A stretch of 64,000 nucleotides of DNA, taken from NCBI GenBank assembly GCA_036630325.1, contig CP142734.1:558001-622000 (forward strand). The letters are read 5' to 3'. The translations under genes and the position numbers were made by a program. Below, piece after piece: positions 37,723-48,542 of the stretch (positions are counted from its first letter, which is position 1; every line of letters starts with the position of its first letter). The notes under the pieces were generated by a model, which worked only from the letters and a program-made list of their open reading frames with translations, ran no database searches and was not told the origin of the DNA. The stretch is from Vairimorpha necatrix. Its lineage: Eukaryota.

Positions 37723-40066
37723 ACCCCGTAGAGAAATAAATAATTAAATACTTAGACATTAAAAAAAAATTTATTTAATGTCGTAGCCGATCAAATACTG
37801 ACCAATCATATTCGTACAAATGGACAGATTTGATTGGCTACAAAAAGTATTTAAAAACATTTCCAAAAGGAGGTGGAAAATAAGAATAAAGTTATTGACA
37901 TGGCGACAACGATAAACAATGTCAGCTATTACACAGGAGAGACCGAGGAGGACATTGACGCCTGGTTAAGAGACATCATGCTGCTAGGTAAAGTATCCAG
38001 CTGGGCCGAAAAGCAGTACAAAATAGCCATCATTAGTAAACTTATAGGAAAGGGTTTATCTTGGGCTATCCAAACATTAGGAGGGAAAACAGAATCAATG
38101 AAATGAAAGAGATAATTACTGGTTTGAAGAAGAGATTTAGCTCATCCAGGAATAATGACATAACTTTAACCAGATTCTTAGCATTAACAGTCCCAGAGAC
38201 TAGAGAAGATTATTCACAGATGTTGCAGGAAGCAACGTGATATTTGAGCAGGCGCTTATCAACCTTGATGCGTTATGCCAAATGATAATCAATAAATCGC
38301 CTATAGAGATCAAAGCTCTATTATATCAGACCGCCACTATAGTTTAGACTTGGCAGGAATTCATACAAAAGGCCGAAGAAATACCTTGGATTCCATATTC
38401 GGATAAGATGCAAGCTAGGACTGGGATCCACAGCAACACGGGCAAAGGGCCTTACTTTACAAATAGTCACGAGAGAAGACGCAAAGAAAACAGAACTTAC
38501 GAAAAATCACCGAGATATAACAATAAACATTGCACACTTCATGGAGAATGCAATCACTACTCAAGGGATTGCAAAGTGCTAACCGATATCATCGCTATGG
38601 AGAGAAACAATCTAAAAAGAAAAGGTATTAACGCGCTAGAGGATTATAAAGCGAAGAAGAAACGACTATAAATAAAGAAAATGAATTTTACTTGCACCGT
38701 TTAAAAAATAATTCTAATCCGTTTTTTGTTCAAAGCCGTATGTTTAATAAAAATATAAAAGCTTTATTGGATACTGGTGCCGATGTTTCTGCTATAGATT
38801 ACAATGAAATCCCACTGGAAGAACGGGATAAGATCATAAAATATAACGGGGTAGTAAGAGGCATAGGTAAAGAAATTTTAAAAGCAGAAGGATACTTAAA
38901 AGACTGTACAATCGAAATTCCCGGCAAACGCGTGAACTTCTCCCATAATAATTAGAGACAATAAGTCGTTATAATAGAAGCAAACGTAATATGTAGAACT
39001 TAAAACTAATTCTAGACATTTTAAACGCTCCAAATCGTAGAATAAATCAAAAATCTAATTTATCGGAACACTCAGAAGAAAATAGAGTCTTAAAAAGTTT
39101 GAAGACGTATTTAAATCCGAAATTGGAGACTATAATCTCTTCACTGCGAGAAAACATCGAATACTGACAAACAGTACTAAGATCATTTGTCAAAGAAATG
39201 GAAGAATCCCAATAGCACAAGAGGAAGCTGTCAACGACGAAATAAGCAAACTATTAAAGCTTGGCATACTAAATGTTGTATAACCACATGTTTCTAGAGT
39301 GACCAATCAATAAGGAAACGTCAAGCAGTTTCAAAACACGCCGATATATAACAAAGGCTAATGGTCCATTATGAAACATTCAAAGGTGGTTGGTGGACCA
39401 CAACTATAAATAGCAAAATTATGACGTAGACACGCATCCATGAACAGAAAATCAAACAGACATTTTTTGCCTAACAATAAACAAACAAAAACACCTAACA
39501 ATAAAACAATTAAAAATACTAAAACTAATTCTATAAGCGTGCTGGAACATTTTTACCAGCACGGATACGTCAGATTGAATTCAATAGACAAAGAAGTATC
39601 CACAAGAACGAAAAATATTGACAAAAATAAAAACCCCACAATCACTGACCTTTGAAGTAAATATAGAAGGATTATCAAATACATTAAAACAGCATATACC
39701 CACCATAGACGATGTCACGGGCGTTGACATGTGCAGCTGGCTAAAACAATTTGAAGAACTAAAACAAAATAACAAATGGACAAAAAACATAACAACACTT
39801 ATGCTCAAATAGCTATTAAAGGATGCAAGAATACCTAGTGAAGAAAATACAAAGGAATGGAAAGATCTAAAAGGATTTTTATTAAAACTTGTTTGATTAC
39901 CAACAGAGGAGAGATTGTATCTCAGGAGAATAGAAAAAACCTATCAAATCAATTTTAAAATTATTAAGGAATATTATACATCAATTAAGAAAAACCTCGA
40001 TATCTACAAAATCATAGCCAATCTAACAGAGCAAGAATATCAACGGAAGTTTGATTCGGTATTTTA

Positions 40067-43000
40067 TGTAGGGTTTAGAACCCTTAATAAATAAATGGTT
40101 AACATGGCGAACATAAGGATGAACAGGGAAACAAGAGAGTCCCGTAGTCAAGAGGCTAGAACATTAGAGAAAGAGGCAATTAGGATAGATAAGAGACTAA
40201 AGTTAATATTGAAAGTTGAGAAAGTTGAGTGGAAAGATGTTATGGATTTGGCATCTGCGATTTTGCAGGATTATATTTTTGAAAATTTTTGTGACGGAAG
40301 GAGCAGTTGGGAGGAAATTTATAAAGGCTTACAAAAAGGAGCAGAATTTGAGAGAGAGTCAGAAGAAAGACAAGAAATGATTAAAGAGATTATGGATAAA
40401 GTGTTGAAAGAGTTTAGGGAAGAAAGAAAAGAAAATCTTAGGATGTATAGGAAAAGAAGAGAAATCAGAGAAACTACAAAATGTTTTATATGTAAGAAAG
40501 AAGGGCATTACGCTAGAGAATGTCATGAAAGTGTAGCTGGTAGGGAAAAATATAAAATTAAAAAGGAACAAGTTTTACAGAAAGAACCAATTATCAACAA
40601 TGAAGGGAAAAGATGTAAAACAGTAAATAAGTTAGAAAATTTAATTGAAAAGTATCCGGAAGTATTTAAAGAATCAGAAGAAAAGATAAAATATCTCACA
40701 GGAGAGAAGTGTCCAATAAATACTAAGCAAGGTGAAAAGGTTGTGAAAAGAGGGCAGAATGTGCCATACTACCTTAGGGTGAAATTTGAGGAGTACTTGA
40801 ATAAGTTGGAAAATAGAGGGGTTATAAGACGTTCCAAAAGTGAGTGGAGGAGTCCAATAAGAGCACTTGAAAAACCAAATGGGGACGTAAGATTGGTAAG
40901 CAATTTGATGGCGTTAAACGATTTGGTTGACAAGGACCCGTACTCATTACCGTTAATTAAGGATATTATGAGAGCCACACAGGGGTCAAAAGTATTTACG
41001 GCAATCGACTTAAAAGAAGGGTTTTATCATATTGAGATTGAGGAGCACCATAAGCACAAAACAGCATTTGAAGTGAATGGTCGAGTATACGAATGGAATA
41101 GTATGGTTATGGGGTTTAAGAATTCGCCCCATATAATGCAGAGAGTAATGAACAGAGTTTTAGATGAATTCAGAGGTAAAGGCGTGGAAGTATATATGGA
41201 TGATATAGTTATTCATGGTAAAGACGTAAGAGTGCATGACGAGTTACTAGAGAGGGTAATTAAAAAGTTTAAAGAGTGTGGGTTGAGAATAAACCAAACA
41301 AAGATACAATACAAAAAAGATGAGGTGATGTTGCTGGGAGTAACAATTAATGGGGAGGTCATGGGACCGAATGAGATTAAAAAGCAGGAGACATTGGAAT
41401 ATAGAAAACCTGAGAATGTTAGAGAGTTAAGAAGATTTTTAGGACTAACTGGTTGGTTTAGAGACTTTATTCCCAACTATGCGTATAGAACAGTAAGGCT
41501 TACTGAGGCTTTAAAGAAAGATGTTAAGTGGAATTGGACGGAGGATATGGAAAGAGCTTTTGAGGATATGAAGCAAGGCTTGAGAGATATGAAAAAGTTG
41601 AAGATTCCGGACGGAAAAAAGCTATTTAGAGTAAGAACTGATGCGTGTGATACGGGGATCGGAGCAATTCTATTACAAGAAAATAAAGAGGGTGAGTGGA
41701 TTCCGATACAATGGGCATCGAAAATGTTGACTCCTACCGAGCGAAGATATACGATAAGTGAGAAGGAGATGTTGGCGGTGTTTTTTGGAATAAAGAAGTT
41801 TGAAAGTGATTTGAGAGGAAGGAAATTTCATTTGATGACGGATCATAAAGCATTAGCAGAGATCAGAAATAAGCCATACTTCAATAATAACAGAATAAAC
41901 AGATGGGTAGAACAGATACAAGAGTTTGACTTTACAATAGAGTATGTGAAAGGGGAGTTGATGACAGATGCAGATGCGTTAAGCAGGCAGTATGATCAGG
42001 TAGAAGTTTCGGATGAACAAAAAGAAAAGGACAACAAGAGAAAAGAAGTGATCGAAAAACAAATTTTGGGAAAAAAGCAGAAACATATTAAAGAAAAGGA
42101 CGGTAAACAGTATTGGGAATTTTCCACAGGTGAGGTGAAAGAGATATTGAGCCTAGATAGTAGAGAACATGAAATAACAAGAGTACATGAGGAGTTAAAC
42201 CATAGAGGTGTCAAAGGCACTAATTATAACATTAAACAAAGATGGTATTGGCCTGGTATGAAAGATCATATTAATAAGGTAATTAAGAATTGTGAAATAT
42301 GTGGGATTAACAATAGGAAAAACACAGGAGGATGTGATTTCGTAGTAACTAGAAAGAAATTGGAGAAAGTGGCGTTGGATTTAATGGACATAGGTGGAGA
42401 GAATAGGTATGTGTTACTGGGTATTGATTACTTTACTAGAAGGTTGTGGGTTCGAATTTGAGATGTAAAGAGAGTAGTGAAGTTATAGAGGTATTACAAA
42501 AGTGGATAAGGGAAGATGGATTTCCAGAGGAATATGTGACAGACAACGGAAAAGAGTTTGTAAGTAATAGATTTAAAGAATGGTGTAGTATTAATGATAT
42601 TAAACATAGGAAAGTGGGCTTAGAAGCTCATAGGAGTAATGGTAGAATCGAGAGATGCATCAGAACTATAAGAGAGACATTGATAAAGCAAAATGATGGG
42701 AATATTTCTGAAAAGATAGAAAGAGCAATCAAAGGATATAATAATACACTACATACAGCAATAAAATGTACGCCGATGGAAGCGTGGAGAGATCAAACTG
42801 CTGAAGTTATAATTGAAAATGATGAAAATGGAAAATATGCTGATCGGTTCAAGAGAAGACACAGAGAGACATTTACAGTAGGCCAAGAGGTAAGAATCGC
42901 TAGGAGAGAAAATTTAGGTACACGTGCGAAAACAGACAAGGGAAGATTCACGGGTCGCGGAAGGATCGTAGCTATAAGTGAAAATGATTCATATATTGTG

Positions 43001-43140
43001 AGACTACTGGATGGTAAAATTGTTAAAAAAAGGCATTATGATTTGAAAGAGATAAGGAAGAGTTGTTTAGAAGATGGAGAGACTACCCGTCTGGAGGGGG
43101 GATGTAGGGTTTAGAACCCTTAATAAATAAATGGTTAACA
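40067..43140 (+). mobile_element. Element C: 3074-bp gypsy with identical 38-bp LTRs and no protease
   Basis: tgtagggtttagaacccttaataaataaatggttaaca at 40067-40104 and 43103-43140; TSD tttta; PBS-like tggcgaac; PPT ggagggggga. Confidence 0.96.
40095..43114 (+). CDS. Element C Gag-RT-RNaseH-integrase polyprotein with one frameshift at ~42450
   Basis: ORFs 40095-42461 and 42446-43114: CFICKKEGHYAREC, YMDD, TDAC, HHCC, DLMD / TDNG / GRIER. Confidence 0.93.
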
Positions 43141-45208
43141 TTTTATAACGGATTAGGTAGATATTCTTACGGAAAAATCGTCGAAATAGCCTTTGACACC
43201 TTTTATGGATGCTATGAGTTTTTAAACGACGTAGAGCAAAAACTGACAGCTAGATTTCAAGAACTAAAGAATAAGCCCAAGGAATCTCAAATACATACAA
43301 GATCATATGAAAACAAATTTTGCAGATTTCATAAATGGGGACTCCATTCGACAGAAGAATGCAAGAAGTACGATAAGGATTTTTACATTCAACAGAAAGA
43401 TAAAGAGCAACACTTAAATATAATAAAAGAACCTCAAACAGAATTGTCAAAAATTGCAATAACGAGAACTATTCAAGAATAAAAAATCGAATTCTTACTC
43501 GACACGGGAGCAAAGAAAAATTATATTAGTCAAGCCAAAGCAAAAAGCTTAAATTTACAACCCATTCAAGGCAAGGGAATAACAAATATATACGGGAACT
43601 GAAGTAAAGAAACAATCAGTCAAGTTGTAAATATCAAATTTAAAATTAGGAACATTAAACAAGATTTCAATGAGGAAGTATACATAGTAGAACCCCTCCC
43701 TGAAGACATAATACTGGGAGCAAGATTCATCATCAATAATGACATGATTTTAGACTTCAAGAACAAAGCCATAATACTTAACAACCAAATTACATCAGTG
43801 GCAAATAACCAGGAATTGGAACCAATAGAAATGGAAAGCATTTTATATTCTAGACTCTGTTGCATAAGAGAAATCGACCAGCTTGAGGAAACAACACTTA
43901 AAAACAATATAACAAGATACATAAAAGAAAACGGGTTTAACCAGATTAGTATCGACGAGAAAAGCAGAAAGTTAACATCATTTACAATTTTAGGACAGCA
44001 GTACAGATATACAAGAATACCGTTCGGTTTAAAGTCAGGCCCCGAGATTTTTCAAATGACGATAAACAAGAAATTATAAGGGGTAAGGAATTGTGCAGTT
44101 TATATTTACGACATAGTAGTTTACACAAATACCTTAGAGGAGCTTATACGCACAGTGAATGAGGTATTGAACGCACTAAGGGGATTTAACGTAAAAATCA
44201 ATTTTGAGAAAAGCACATTTTTAACGCAAAAACTAAAATTACTAGGCAACGTTATTGAAAACGGACAAATAAAAATTGACAACAAAAACATTGAAAAAAT
44301 ACTAAATTCAAATTCTGTACCAAAAAACAAAAGATATTCAGAAATTATTAGGAATTATAGCATGTATAGAAACTTTATACAAGATGTCAGAAGAAAACTA
44401 TCATGTATCACCAAATTATTATGAAAAGAAACAACTATAAATTGGGAACAAAAACATATCGAAGCATTAGAACAAATAAAATAAGAAATCGCAACTAAAG
44501 CGACACTAAAACTACAAGATTTTAAAAAAGCATTTCACATAGAGTTCGATGCATCAATGGAAGGAATGGGGACGGTTCTATTCCAGGACCATGGAGTAAT
44601 AAATTACTACAGTAAAAAATTTAACGAAACAGACAAAACTATTCAATCATGGAAAAAGAAATGTACGCGATCGTAAAAATCCTAGATTTTTATAGAAACA
44701 TCATGCTTGGTTTCCACGTAATTGTACATACCGACAGCCAGAATTGTATTTTTGAGAATAAACAGGTTTCGAAAAGGTTGGAGAGATGGAAGATGATTCT
44801 AAATGAATTCAACATTACTATTAAAAATCCCCGGAGACGAAAATAAGATCGCAGACAGCTTATCAAGATGCTCAGAATAATTCAAACAGAATGAACTACG
44901 GGCAACGAAAATCACCAGAGAGAACTGAAAAAAAAATAACATAATAAATAAGTACATGCAGGCATATCTACACTATATTATAACATAAAAGACTATTACA
45001 AGATACCCTATCTCTCAAGAATAATAAAAGAGACAATAAATAAGTGCGAAAAATGCATAAGATGCAAAAACAACAAAAAATCCGATAAAACAAAATCTAA
45101 TATACAGGCACGCAGTTCATTTCAAATCTTGTGTACAGATATTTTCGGCCCATTCGAGTTAACAGACTACGTACATAATGAGATACAAAACAAAGGATTT
45201 TTTCTAAC

Positions 45209-48200
45209 TGTTGAGTGAAATAATAATTATTTATAGCCCCTATTCTAGAATAAATGTTTATGGTGGAGAATATGAAAACAGAGATTAGTAGTGAAAATAT
45301 CTTGCAGGAGCTACAAAGAGCTTCTTTACTTTCCAGTTTTAATAAATTATCAAATGAGGAAAAAATTGATTATTTTATTCATAAAGCCAACATTGAGATA
45401 CTAGATTGGCATAGTAAGTTAATGAAGGAGAAACGGAAATGTTCCTTAACATTTGAAATGTGGAAAGAGTTGGCAGAAACGGAATTTGACTGCGGTACTG
45501 GATTGTACGAATTATATACTTTAAAACAAAAAGAAAACCAAAGTATTGTGGAATTTATCAAAGATGTAGAAAAGAAATGTCTAAAGGAAAATATCAGAAA
45601 TACGGATAAAAGGAAGATAATAAGAAATGGAATCCTATCAAGATATAAGGCTATAAAAATGGTATTAACGGGGCAATATGAAATTAATAAAGAATTCCTT
45701 GAAATAATTGATGAAATGGAAAAGGAAAATAACGATATAACAAAAATAAGACAACCTGCCTCCAATAACATCAACAAAAGATATTCATGTTATTTTTGCC
45801 ACAAGGATGGGCATATCGCTAAAGACTGTTTTGCGAAGAAGAAAATAACTGATGGTAAACAACTACAGTATAAAAGGATAAATGAGATCCACCAAGAAGG
45901 CGGAATGTTGGATGCAAACTTTATTAACAATAAAGAAGATTTAATATATGTTTATAATGAAAAAATTAATGTAACTTTTGACTCGGGTTCTTACTATAAT
46001 TTTATAAGTAAAAAGGCTGCTTCTGAACTAACTTTAAAAATTTATAGAAGTACAGAGGAAATATATTTTTTAACATGTTTAGAAGAAAGATTCGGGATTA
46101 CAGAATATGTGATATTAGATTTCTCTTATGGTGGTAAAAGTTATCGTTCTAAATTTTTTATATTCCCTAAGGTGGAAAAATTTAAAATACTTGTAGGAAA
46201 AAAGACATTACAAGAAATATTGAAAAGGGTGTCTAGCAATAGAATTTGTGAAATAAATACGATAAAAGGAGAAAAAATTGTTGAAAAGGTCTATACACTA
46301 CCAAAAAAGTTAGAAGAAGGAGTGGAAAAATCTATCAAAGAACTACTAAGGAAAAATTACATAAGAAAATCAAAATCAACGTGGTTGAATAATTTAAGAC
46401 CAGTAATTAAACCAGATGGTTCTATAAGAGTTACTACAAATTTAGTTTCGTTAAACAAATTGGTAGAGCTAGATAATTACTCCTTACCACACATTGATAA
46501 GCTTTTATACGGGCTTCGTGGAAAAAAATATTTTAGTAAATTGGATTTAAAAGATGCATTTTTTTGTATAGAATTAGCGGAAAAGGATAGATATAAGACC
46601 GCTTTTAGATTTAAGCACCTATTATATGAATGGAACGTTATGCCAATGGGGTTTAAAAATGCTCCGGCAATTTTTCAAAGATTTATAGATGATGTTTTAC
46701 AAGAAGAAATAGGGAAAAGTTGCTTCGTGTATGTGGATGACATACTGGTTTTTGGAGAAAACGAGGAAGAACATGATTTTAATTATGAGAAGATCATAAC
46801 AAAGCTTAAAAGCTATAACTTAGGTATTAATGAGGATAAAACAATATATAAGGTTAAAGAACTTACCTTTTTGGGACATTTAATAGCATATAACGAAATT
46901 AAGCCAAAAATTACACGGGACCAAGCAATTAACGATATGAAAAGACCAATCAATAAAAAATCACTGCAAGAATTTCTGGGACTTATTAATTATTATAGAA
47001 AATTTATTTCTAATTGTTCAAAAATCGGAGGATGTTTATATGATCTTACAAAAAATGATATTCAATTTAATTGGGGGAAGGAACAGGATGCTGCTTTTAA
47101 TACATTAAAGAAAATTGTATTGTCGAGCAGTGTGCTTAAACAGCCAGATTTTAGTAAACCTTACATATTAGAAACGGATGCATGTGACTCTGGTCTGGGA
47201 GCGATCTTGTCACAAGAAAATGAAGGGCATGTGTACCCAATCGCGTACGCTTCTAGAAGATTGGTTCCAGCGGAAAGAAATTACAGTATCAGCGAGAAAG
47301 AATGCTTGGGTGTCCTATGGGGAATGGAAAATTTTAGATATTTTTTATATGGAAATGAGTTTAAAGTAATAACTGATCACAAAGCTCTAGAGGTCCTAAA
47401 TAAAGGCGAAATAAAATCGTTACGTATACAAAGGTGGCTTGATAAATTGAGTGAGTATAATTACACGATCGAGTACAAAAGGGGGACAGATATTCCTCAC
47501 GTCGATTGTTTGTCAAGATCTTATCTTAATGAGTTAAATACGGATGAAATAAATATGATTGAATTTAGCGAAGAAGAAAAAAGGTCTATCATAAGGAATA
47601 AACATATAGAATTAGTTCACAGAGGATCAAAAGTTATTGAAAATGAATTAAGGAAAAAATATCATTGGAAAGATATGTCGCATATGGTAAAAACGGAAAT
47701 TAATAAATGTCTAAGATGTAAGATGTACAATCCACAAAGAGGAAAAAAATTTATATTTGTGAAAGCATACGAACCTGGCGAAAAGGTAGCTGCCGATATT
47801 ATAGGACCAATCAATGGAAGCTATATAATTACGGCGATCGACTATTTTACAAGGAAAGCATGGGCTAAAGTCATTACTACTAGAGAGAGTAATAAGCTAG
47901 TGAAATTTTTTGATGAAGTTTATAATGACATAAAGATTAAAATACTAATTCTTGATCAGTCAAAAGAAAATTTGAGTATTGAGGTAAAACAATGGGCAAC
48001 GAGAAATAATGTTCAAATTCATTATATTTCCCCTTTTCATCACCAATCAAACGGAAGAATAGAAAGATTTAATAGGACAATACAGGAAGGTATATATAAA
48101 GATAATAGTTTTGGAAATTTGAAGACAAAAACTAAGCGTGTACTAGATGTATACAATAATGTTAGACACTCCGCTCTTGGCATGTCGCCAGACGAAGCAT

Positions 48201-48542
48201 GTAATCCTAAGAGAGCTCAGGAGATTAAACTAAAACAATTCGAAGAAATCGTAAAATTCAACCAACGACAGAAGAAAAGAGGAGCTGAATTTATTTTTAA
48301 AGAGGGAGATAGAGTTATAATTAGAAGAGAAACCGATTTAACAAAGGGAAAACCTAGATTTGAATCGCAAGGTATAATTATTAATATTTTAGGAAATAAT
48401 TCTTATAACGTTAAGGTCCATAATAAAACTATAAAGCGACATGGCTCGCAACTTAAGCTAATAGTAGAGGATTATTTTGAATGAGGGGGATGTTGAGTGA
48501 AATAATAATTATTTATAGCCCCTATTCTAGAATAAATGTTTA
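45209..48542 (+). mobile_element. Element D: intact 3334-bp gypsy with identical 52-bp TG...TA LTRs
   Basis: LTRs 45209-45260 and 48491-48542; TSD ctaac; PBS tggtggagaa (tRNA-Ala-like 3' complement); G-rich PPT. Confidence 0.96.
45254..48484 (+). CDS. Element D Gag-PR-RT-RNaseH-IN polyprotein (1076 aa, uninterrupted)
   Basis: CYFCHKDGHIAKDC, FDSGS, YVDD, ETDAC, HHCC, ADIIGP / LDQ / GRIER. Confidence 0.97.
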   Translation: MFMVENMKTEISSENILQELQRASLLSSFNKLSNEEKIDYFIHKANIEILDWHSKLMKEKRKCSLTFEMWKELAETEFDCGTGLYELYTLKQKENQSIVEFIKDVEKKCLKENIRNTDKRKIIRNGILSRYKAIKMVLTGQYEINKEFLEIIDEMEKENNDITKIRQPASNNINKRYSCYFCHKDGHIAKDCFAKKKITDGKQLQYKRINEIHQEGGMLDANFINNKEDLIYVYNEKINVTFDSGSYYNFISKKAASELTLKIYRSTEEIYFLTCLEERFGITEYVILDFSYGGKSYRSKFFIFPKVEKFKILVGKKTLQEILKRVSSNRICEINTIKGEKIVEKVYTLPKKLEEGVEKSIKELLRKNYIRKSKSTWLNNLRPVIKPDGSIRVTTNLVSLNKLVELDNYSLPHIDKLLYGLRGKKYFSKLDLKDAFFCIELAEKDRYKTAFRFKHLLYEWNVMPMGFKNAPAIFQRFIDDVLQEEIGKSCFVYVDDILVFGENEEEHDFNYEKIITKLKSYNLGINEDKTIYKVKELTFLGHLIAYNEIKPKITRDQAINDMKRPINKKSLQEFLGLINYYRKFISNCSKIGGCLYDLTKNDIQFNWGKEQDAAFNTLKKIVLSSSVLKQPDFSKPYILETDACDSGLGAILSQENEGHVYPIAYASRRLVPAERNYSISEKECLGVLWGMENFRYFLYGNEFKVITDHKALEVLNKGEIKSLRIQRWLDKLSEYNYTIEYKRGTDIPHVDCLSRSYLNELNTDEINMIEFSEEEKRSIIRNKHIELVHRGSKVIENELRKKYHWKDMSHMVKTEINKCLRCKMYNPQRGKKFIFVKAYEPGEKVAADIIGPINGSYIITAIDYFTRKAWAKVITTRESNKLVKFFDEVYNDIKIKILILDQSKENLSIEVKQWATRNNVQIHYISPFHHQSNGRIERFNRTIQEGIYKDNSFGNLKTKTKRVLDVYNNVRHSALGMSPDEACNPKRAQEIKLKQFEEIVKFNQRQKKRGAEFIFKEGDRVIIRRETDLTKGKPRFESQGIIINILGNNSYNVKVHNKTIKRHGSQLKLIVEDYFE

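Noticed and set aside
42440-42461. Programmed frameshift in the element C integrase
   Set aside because: It falls mid catalytic core with no slippery heptamer; a 1-bp deletion or sequencing error is more likely.
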